From the human T2T-CHM13v2.0 reference genome, Homo sapiens: a stretch of DNA of 64,000 nt. The stretch lies in assembly GCF_009914755.1 (NCBI RefSeq), contig NC_060930.1; one strand, 5' to 3'. The notes under the pieces are model-generated. The model saw only the letters and a list, made by a program, of their open reading frames with translations. It was not told the DNA's origin and made no database searches. The position numbers were made by a program, and so were the translations under genes. Positions within the stretch are counted from its first letter, which is position 1. Every line of letters starts with the position of its first letter. Shown here piece by piece: positions 55,181 through 64,000 of this stretch.

Positions 55181-58100
55181 ACAGGTACAGATGGAAGCAG
55201 AAAAAAAATCCTTTGTTAAGCCATGTGTCCCAGTTTTGGATTTGGGAAACTGTTTTACCATCACATCAAATAATCTATTCAACAATTAACTCATTTAATT
55301 TTCCACAATAACAAGATGAGGTTGGTGCTATTGTTATCTTCATTTTATAAATAAGGAAATTGAGGGAAATGGTTGAATACTGCAGGTACCTTACTACCAC
55401 TGAAATATTATTTGATTGTAGCTTTCACCTGGTCTAGTAACTTGAATCAATGTTTAACTCATGATAATTTTAAGCACATGAATGCATCATCTATTTTGAC
55501 TGAATGTTTCTGTGTCCTGTCTTCCATGTAAGTTGATTGATTAGTTTATAGCTAGAACAGTAAGAGACTTTCTACTACTGCCTATAGATTTGAATTCACT
55601 TAAAGTAAGATCAATTATCTTTCCATCTCTTCTAGATTATGTGGTATGGTTTATATAGCTGCCAGAAAACAATCCTGACCGCCAAATATGTCTCTAATGA
55701 ATCTGCCAGATTGCACAAAATTCTAAAATTAGAAATGCATTTATATAAATCAGTTTTATGTTGCTACCACTGTCATAATAATTACAGTTAATTGAGCACT
55801 TAATATGTGGCAGGTGAAATCCATCCCAAACACCTTACATAATTAGATCATTTATTCTAAGTAAATTAAGAGAAGCTCTATCTTTCAAAATATAGATATC
55901 TCTAGCAATAGAAGAGTTTTAATTAAGCTGATACTGGTTATTAACCTTGTAGATTTCATTAGTTTGTTAGATTTCCCTTTTTTTCGTAATTCAGAACTAA
56001 ATAATAAAAGGAACTGTGAGAATGGAAGTTTTTATTAGTTTCAGGACACATAGGAATAACAAGTATACATTTTACCTTTAAGATAGACAGTAAATAATTA
56101 ATGACTATTCAAAGATAATATTATGCTTAGTGAGTTTGAGTTGCTCACATAGTGAAAATTGTGCCCTTGAGGAGCTTATATTTAAGACGGCTTAGATTTT
56201 TTAAGAGAATTGCTGCAACTTTTAATTCAGACACTTATGAAGTCCTTTGAAATCTTAGATGGAAGAATACCAAAATAAAATCATTATGGATATCAATACA
56301 CATGGATCAACCCCACCATTAACATGCATCCACCTGAAGCCCAAGGACTGCCACTTCACAGCAAAATGATCCTAGATGATAAAAGAAAGAAGTAAAGTTT
56401 AATGGTTTATTCACTTAAAATAAACAAGAGAAATCAAATTATGAGCACGTAAGTCCCTAAAACTGAGACCACATCTTGTATTTCTTCAAGAAAGAATATC
56501 TATATTAACACAAAAAGCACCTCTTCACCACTGTCTAAGGTATTAATTAGTTTGTTGCTATCTTCAAAAGGAATCTCAGATAATGTTCTTATGATTTCCT
56601 AAAGCATTTTTTGAGAAAACTTTACATCTCACACAAGAAAGTATAAGGAGTCTCTGATATTGTAAAGGACTATTGTGTTTTATAAGCCCTGCCAACCATA
56701 AATGTAGTTTTTATTTTTGTAGGTAATTTTATAACATTTTTATGAATAAATCAAAATTTCTAAATGAGAAAACCAAATATATGGGGCCACCTCAATATTC
56801 AGATCCCTGATGGGGACCAACCTGAGACATCCTCATCTTTAACTGGTCAAGCCCTTGGCTCACTCCCCTGGAAACCTCCCTCTCTACCCACTCACACTCC
56901 AGGTTTGGGTGCCTGCTGGATCCTAGCTGTGTACTGGTTTCAGCACAGTTGGGGTGGAATCTGGAGAAGGGTCACTAGCCAGGGACTCCATTTGCATTTC
57001 CTTCTCTTCCATTGGCGAGTCCCCATATCATTCTGAAAAGTACTGTTTTTATGCTTTGTGTTGTCTACCTCACGACTTCCATGAATATGCCATTCTTATG
57101 GAAAATTACACTTCTGACTCATTCCGTTAAATGAGACATAAGTGTAAAATTCACCTCGAGTTACTCTGGTGCGCCGGATTCAATGCAGCTTTAAATGGAA
57201 CCAAACTACTGTCATGTATGAGTCTTGCAGGGAATTATTTCTGGCTTCAAGAGAATAGCTCATGTTGGATATGAAGGTAAATACAGGTGTACTGCAGAGC
57301 TGACTACACGGAGTGTTAACTATTTATTCCTTACAATTGTTCAGAGAGAGCAAATGTGGATGATCAAGTTAAACACCAAATTGTAATATATGTTGCTTTC
57401 TTTTTTCCTTCAGGCTTAGGGAAATGTGTGTAGAGCTTCTGCCTCCCTGTCCTCCCCTCTCCACCTTCCTTTTTATAAATTTAGCCATAAGATTTCACTC
57501 AAGTTCAAATTGGCCTCAGAAGTTTATATAATTATATCAATGGATATACAACTGTATAGCAACACTTTTACCTTCTTCAGGTCTCATGAACAGATACTAA
57601 AAGAAAGAGGAAGTGGAAGAGACATTATCTCTCACTGTATAATTAATGCATGAAGTATGGCAAGTTACAAAACAGAGTTTACTTTTCAAAAGCATAATGA
57701 AAACTGTTGGGCAAAAAGAGCCCAGAATATTTAAAGAAATTATGTAAAATGATCAATGTTGATTCACTTCTCAGTTCATTTGTGAACCTTGCTCTGTGAA
57801 ACGATAAATCATGGGAAAAGAAACTTTCAAGAAGAAATTGCTGATCAGATTTAGTGCTTCTTTGTATCTCCTATTTTTCTTATTATTAGAATGGGATTTT
57901 TTCAAATTATAAGCCTTAATTTTTAATTTATGATATTTTGTTGGCTCAATTTCTCCATCCTCTTTATCAAGGTTTAATTTTTTTAATTTGAAATTTTCAT
58001 TGGCCCTGTTTTTGTCTCATGTATGATTTCTTTCATGCTGATGAGTATCATGACTATTAGAATGTACAATAAGCACTTTCTTACCTGCCATAACTTAGAA

Positions 58101-59604
58101 GGGAGTATTCATATTAGTCAGTTTTCTGGTTGAAAATTATTATAAATGATTTAAATGATTGCTAATCTTCAGAACAACAGAACACCAGAAAATCAATATT
58201 TTATTAACACTCAACATAGGCATAGAGGGACTTGCTTTGTAGCACTAGCTCTGAAAAAATTAACTGTGTACTCACAGAAGTTGCTTCATCTCTCTAGGAT
58301 TCAATTCATAGTTTTCCTGCAAAGTGGAAATAAAAACATCTGTCCTTCCTAGCCCAGGGGTTTTTCTGGTGAGAGAATGAGATGTTCTATGAGGAGAAGC
58401 CTGTTATGATGTCTGCCCTAAATATTGTGTATGCATCAATAAGTTGATGCATAAATGATAAATAATTGAAAATGTAAAAATTGATAATAAGCAAATATAA
58501 ATAAGCTAATAAAAATTATTACTGATGATACCAATGGTGTTTAGAAAAGCAATCGAAAAGCTAAAACATATGAATATAAGGACAATTTTTTAAATATTAA
58601 ATACATTCTTCAAAATTGCATGGTGCCTCCAGGGTAGAACGAGACCTTCATCTAATTTTAATTAATCGGATGTGCATCAAGCACCTACAAGGTCGTGTGC
58701 TTAGCATTGAGAATCCAAAGACCAGTGGGGCATAGAGTCTGCCCTTAGAGGGTTTATTGTTCAGCAAGAGATTGAGGTCCTGAAGCCCAATGTATGCAAC
58801 ACCAACTCGACTGATAAAGGCTACAGAAGAAATAAAGATAAACTACACTGGACTTCAAAACATGGATAGAGTGCATATAGCAGGGATGTGAAGACTCATC
58901 TATCTAGATATGAAAGTTGAGAACGTGGCAGCACTCTAGATGGATGCAAGACCACTCTCAAAAGCTCAGAGATAAACTGGGGAGTGTTTCTGGGGCAGTG
59001 TTTCAGGCCACGAGGTAGATGAAAGAATAAATTGAAAAGAAACTTGAGACCTGATTACAGAGAGCTTTACTGTCATCATTGGCCCTAAAAAGGACAGAAG
59101 TACCAGATAAAAGAGAGTTCTGGTCTCTTTTATTTAGTTAGAGAGTCTTTTCGATTTAGTTATAGCATATCAGAGAATACTCTATAAGCTCCTAGGTACT
59201 GGGTAGTATTAAGTACAGCCATTCATCAGCTACTTGTGAAATTAAATAATTTTAAACCAATGCATATTTAACCCAATGCGTATCTGACGACCTGAATTCT
59301 GGTTTGATTTTTTTTAAAAACATGTTAATTCTATTTTTCCTCTTCATATCAAATATTATAGTATTTTATTAAGCAACAAGATAATATTTTCATCTGTGAC
59401 AGTAGAGAAAAATGTTTTTTTCACTTTTTTGGAACTTTGTCAGCTAATAAAGTTGGGAGTTATTTTATATCTATATTTTGCTCTTATCACTTGCTTCAGC
59501 TTTTGGTTTTTGCATGTGGACACTTATGAGACCTATATACTGTTTCTTAAAAAAATAATACACAATCTGTTTTAAGGCAAAATAAGATTTGGTATCAAAG
59601 TAGG

Positions 59605-59850
59605 CCACTGTGGTGTTGGTAGAAAGAACAGGGCATTGAAAGACCTGGTACCAGCTAATAACTGTGTGAGCAGAGGCATGTCATTTAGGGGTTGTAGACC
59701 TGTTTACTCTTCTCTAAAACTGAATAATAAGCAATAATAACAATATTATTGTCTACCTTATTAGGGCTGTTGAGGATTACGTGACAATAAATATTAAAAC
59801 ATTCAGTGAACTTTTAGAAGTACTATAAATATAAGTTATTATTTTTATTA
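59605..59850 (+). mobile_element. MIR
   Basis: ggtagaaagaacaggg...agacctgg...tagggctgttgaggatta. Confidence 0.65.
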
Positions 59851-60339
59851 ATACTCAATTTTTTCTAAGTCCTTGCACTTCATTTTATATTAGTAGTATT
59901 TTTATAGCAAACTGACAGTATTGTAGATTTTAAATATTAAATGATCTCAATTTGGTTCAAGTGAATAGATATTTTCAAGTGCATGTTGGCAATTTAGTAA
60001 TGAACATCCTTATAGGTTATGAAAGAAATATTATTGTAAAGATTATTTTGCGTGCACTTGACTTAACAAGTAAAGACTGTGTTGAAAGACAGACGTTTTC
60101 AAGTTGCTCGATTTTGATTTATTAAGGTTAGAATGCCTCAGGAATTTGAATTAATTTTAACTTACACTTTCAAAGCTCTTCATTGCTGTCACTTGGATTC
60201 ATCAATTCACTCTCTCTATATGCGTGCTCAGACAACAAAATTGCTGAATGATATTTTCTTACTCTGCCCAAAGAGGGTAAATTGAACCTGGATATTCTCA
60301 AGGGAGGATGGTGGAAGCATCATTCCCCATCACTCACCC

Positions 60340-60570
60340 AAGGCCCTGTCTTGTTTCACTTTTCATTGCACTTATCACTAAAGGACATATTTTCTATTTG
60401 TCCATCGCTGTTCCCCAGCCTTGCCCTGCAACACACCCATACACGCAGAATGTGATTATCACAGAAGTAAGGACTCCGTTTCATTCACTGTTGAGTATCC
60501 AGCATCTGGAACATCTAGCTGCCCAGCCCCTAAGAGGAACTCACTATTTGCTGAATGGATACGTGCTGAT
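60340..60570 (+). mobile_element. L2 3' end
   Basis: cattgcacttatcac...agaatgtga...tatccagcatctggaaca...atttgctgaatg. Confidence 0.65.
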
Positions 60571-61359
60571 GTGTTTGTGAGAACAGCAGTCATCCGGAGT
60601 GCATCTCTCGAGTGTGTCAAAGATCGGTTGGCCTAGTATTTAAAACTCTCTGCTAACATAGCCAAGGCCAAGGGTCAGCTCCTACATTAACTAACTGGTG
60701 GCTTCCCAAGCACACTACTCCAGGTTACAAGATAAGAAAAAGTGGTTCCCTTCAAATAGGCAATGAGGAACTATCCTAAGAGGAAGATTAACATGCATTC
60801 ATTGAGCACTGCTGTATGCCCAACCCTCTGCTAGGAGTACTCTGAAAGTTGATATAATAATGAGCAAGGTAGAATCCCTATTGCCACAGAGTATATTCTT
60901 GGGCAGATGGAGCATTGTGCTGAGAATACAGGAAGAGGCCCATTATTTTGTCTTCTGTTTATGGGAATATACAGAAAATTTTTTCACCTTGAGGGTTATG
61001 GTTTAAAAGGCATTCCACATTATCCTACTGCCTTTTAAAATTTTGGAAGTCAATATTGCTTTGTGTAAGAAAAACAAGTTTCCTAGCTTGAAGGTTGCTT
61101 TCTGTGGAAGGTTGCAGCATTTCCACAGCAACAGAACACCTCATTTTTGAATGCAGCTGGAAGCCAGGGCTCAGATGAGAGCTACCTGCAGAATAACAAC
61201 ACAAGCGAAGTCCAAACTATCAGAACTGAAGTTGTCAAGCCCAAAAGTGATAGAAGTGTCAGTCTTGTATTGAGTTAGCTTCATTTTCTGTCTAAAGCTA
61301 GAAAAAGGGAATTCAATGAGACCTATCAGCCTTACACAAAGCTACACTTCAGAAAACAT

Positions 61360-62740
61360 GTTCAATCAACAAACACTTCATAGATACACATTGTGTGCCA
61401 GAGTAGGGATGCAAAGATATTGAAATTCTATCCTCAGCAAGCTCCCAATCTAGTGACACAGGGACGACCACACAAACAATGACAACATAGCATGATAAAC
61501 CACAATCAGGAGAGCCCAGGTCTTACGGGAAGGGGAAGGGGAAGGGTGGAGTGGCATCAGGAAAGACCTTGTGCAAGACATGGTAAGGAGCTGAGTGTCA
61601 AAGAGAAGCTCCAGACAGCCCTGGAGCTTGCACTGAGGACAGCCCATTGGGAAAGGTGTTGTTGGTATTTCTAAGAGCAACAGGTACCGGCAGCTTAATG
61701 TGACCAATTAAAAACTGTAAGAAAGTCTTTATGCCTGGAAAATAGAGTAAGAGGAATGAGATAAGACAATCGAATGTGGACAGGAAGGCAGGAGAGATTA
61801 TGAAGAGCCTTATAATAGGACAAATAACCATTGAAAGATGTTTAAGCAGAGGAGCTACAAGGGGAGATACACACTTTAGACAGATCATCTGTTTAGAGTG
61901 GAGAATGCACAGGAGGAGGATATTGCTGAAGAAAGACTAGTTTAGGGAACAGTGGTATCTATCAGGTGAGAAAGGATGAGTCCTACCTGAATTGAGACAG
62001 TGTCAGAGAGAACAGAAGGTGCAAAATACAGGAAACTTTTCAAGAGGGTGATAGAACTCTACAATGGGTTGAGTGTATGAAGTGTTATTAAACAGATCGA
62101 GATACTGCCCTGTCCCGCAAAGAAGAGTCCAAGAGAATTGAATTTGCATGGGGTGGGGAGAAGTTAAATTTTAGACACAGTAAATCTGAGATGCCCAAGG
62201 AACTTTCCACTGCAGCACAGCTCAGAAGGAGGGCTCTGCAAGTCAGTGGCGGTGGCGACATAACAGAAATGAGATCACCCAGGGAAAGGTGAGGAGTGAG
62301 ATGAGGTTGTGCTTTGGAATGCCCAGAAGCATCCCCAAAAGGGTTGGGCAGGTTCAAAAGGAGCCTATGGAAGCCTAACTAGGTAGGAGACTAAAATAGA
62401 GTGGGCAGAAAGATAAAGGAAAAGGAGAGGATTGTACCTTAGCCATCTTAGCCTAACTAGGTAGGAGACTAAAATAGAGTGGGCAGAAAGATAAAGGAAA
62501 AGGAGAGAATGGTATCTTAGCCACCTTAGCCAAGAGGAGAGAGTTTCAAAAGGTGGGGCATAATACAAATGTAAAATACTGTAGAGGTCAAATGAGATAA
62601 AGCCTAAAAAGTGTTGCTTGGACTTAGCAACCTGAAGGTAACAACAGCAAGAGCATCAGCAGCAGAAGGTGGGGTGAGGTGGGTAGTGTGGAGCCAGGCC
62701 ACAGGGAGCTGAGGGCACTCCTCTGTCAAGAAATTGGTCT
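61360..62740 (-). mobile_element. Long L2 fragment
   Basis: ttcaatcaacaaacac..., tttaagcaggag, tctgagatgccca, agagagtttcaaaagg, ttggacttagcaac. Confidence 0.7.
62372..62527. repeat. 78-bp tandem duplication
   Basis: Copies at 62372-62449 and 62450-62527, 74/78 identical. Confidence 0.95.
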
Positions 62741-62745
62741 GAGAG

Positions 62746-63030
62746 GGCTGAGTGCAGTGGCTCATGCCTGTAATCTCAGCACTTTGGGAGGCCAAGGCAG
62801 GCAGATCACTTGAGCCCAAGAATTCAAAACCAGCCTGGGAAACATAGCAAGACTCCATCTCTACAAAAAATACAAAACTTAGCCTTGAGGTGATGGCAGG
62901 TGCCTATAGTCTCAGCTACTCAGGAGGCTGAGGTGGGAAGATCCATTGAGCCCAGGAGGTCAAGGCTGCAGTGAACCATGATGGCACCACTGCACACTCC
63001 AGTCTGGGTGACAGAGCAAGACCCTCTCAA
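62746..63030 (+). mobile_element. AluJ
   Basis: cacttgagcccaag, gaggtcaaggctgcagtga diagnostics. Confidence 0.9.
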
Positions 63031-63180
63031 AAAGAAAAGAAAAGAAAGACAGAAAGAGCAAGAGAGAAAGGAAAGAAAGAGAAAGGAAGAAAGAAAGAAA
63101 GAAGAAAAGAAAGAAAGCAAAGAAATAAAGACGGAAGGAAGGAAGGAAAGGAAGGAAGGAACGAAAAGAAAAGTCAGAAA
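63029..63180. repeat. (GAAA)n/(GGAA)n polypurine tract from the Alu tail
   Basis: About 150 bp, almost all purines on +. Confidence 0.9.
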
Positions 63181-64000
63181 GGCTGGTGGAGGATATGACA
63201 GTACCTCTCAAAGTCTGCCGTCAGGAAGGGTTTCTTAGGATAGGAAGGATTTGAGAATGTTTTGATGGTGAGAGGAAAGAGGAGAAGAACTGGCTGAAGT
63301 TTTATGAAGAGAAATGGAGTAGTTGTGAGCCTTAAACCTGCGATTGTGAGAAGATGGTCCCCGTGGGCGAGGAAGCATGGAGATAGAGACAGGTGTGCCT
63401 GGGTCCGGCCAGGCAGAGCTGGAAGAGTTTCCATCTGATTGCTTCCCTTCTTTTTAAGAAGGAAATATGGTGTTCTGATGAGCTTAAGGAGAGGAGCAGG
63501 TGAATGCAAGCATACAGAACTAGGTTAATTCAAAACTAATGTTACAAGAAATATAAAAAAACTGAATAGAGGTGTTTAAAAAAATGTGGAGCAGTTTTGA
63601 GGACCCAGCTGAGTTGGACACTGTAAATATCCAGGCCTATTCTTTAAAATTAAAAAATACAGAAAAGACAAACTATGTGTTCTTAACACTCATTTCAAAA
63701 GAGTAACTGTCCCATGCTCATAAAGACCCTTCCCTTTATTCTCCTTAACTGCTTCCCGGTCCTTTCCCTATGGCCAGCCAAGGTAATCTGCAAGGGGATG
63801 CCTTGAACCCAATTCACAAATCCCTCTCCCTGGTATTGTACATGTGAAGTTGCTTCTCCACTTCCCCAGTGAGCCTGCACATTCCGGGTAATAGGTCTCT
63901 GATTTAATTTTCTAGCACCCTGTGTTGGCCTAGAATTCCAAGAAAACACAAAAAATAATTCCTGATGAAGGTAGACAAAATGTCTAAGGTTATATATTCA

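Larger units (their letters stand above)
53778..64000 (+). other. PDE7B: PDE7B intron 2 (5' part)
   Basis: Starts GTAAGA; next exon (DIRLRGQTG...) not found in window. Confidence 0.88.

Overview
Human (or closely related hominid) genomic DNA, AT-rich and repeat-dense, lying inside the cAMP-specific phosphodiesterase gene PDE7B on the + strand. The only protein-coding sequence I can support is a 61-nt internal exon at 53717-53777 (RCGEILFENPDQNAKCVCML+G). I recognise it from memory of the PDE7B protein (MSCLMVE|RCGEILF...) as exon 2. The rest is intron 1 and intron 2. These contain 8 Alus, two THE1 (MaLR) LTRs, other LTRs, L1/L2/MIR fragments, MER/Tigger DNA transposons and microsatellites. 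I found no prokaryotic-type system, RNA gene or CRISPR array, and no evidence of a wholly new gene. Four leads are worth testing. (1) A sense THE1B LTR has a DUX4 motif, TATA box, Kozak ATG and phase-0 donor, and would splice in frame onto exon 2. (2) Non-repeat intronic elements carry two intact full CRE palindromes plus an ETS-CRE half site, suggesting cAMP feedback on a cAMP-degrading enzyme. (3) A near-pristine AluY sits head-to-head, 25 bp from an AluS. (4) An AT-rich minisatellite has hairpin-containing units. All functional claims are hypotheses from motifs. Subfamily names and the boundaries of old repeats come from remembered consensus sequences and are approximate.
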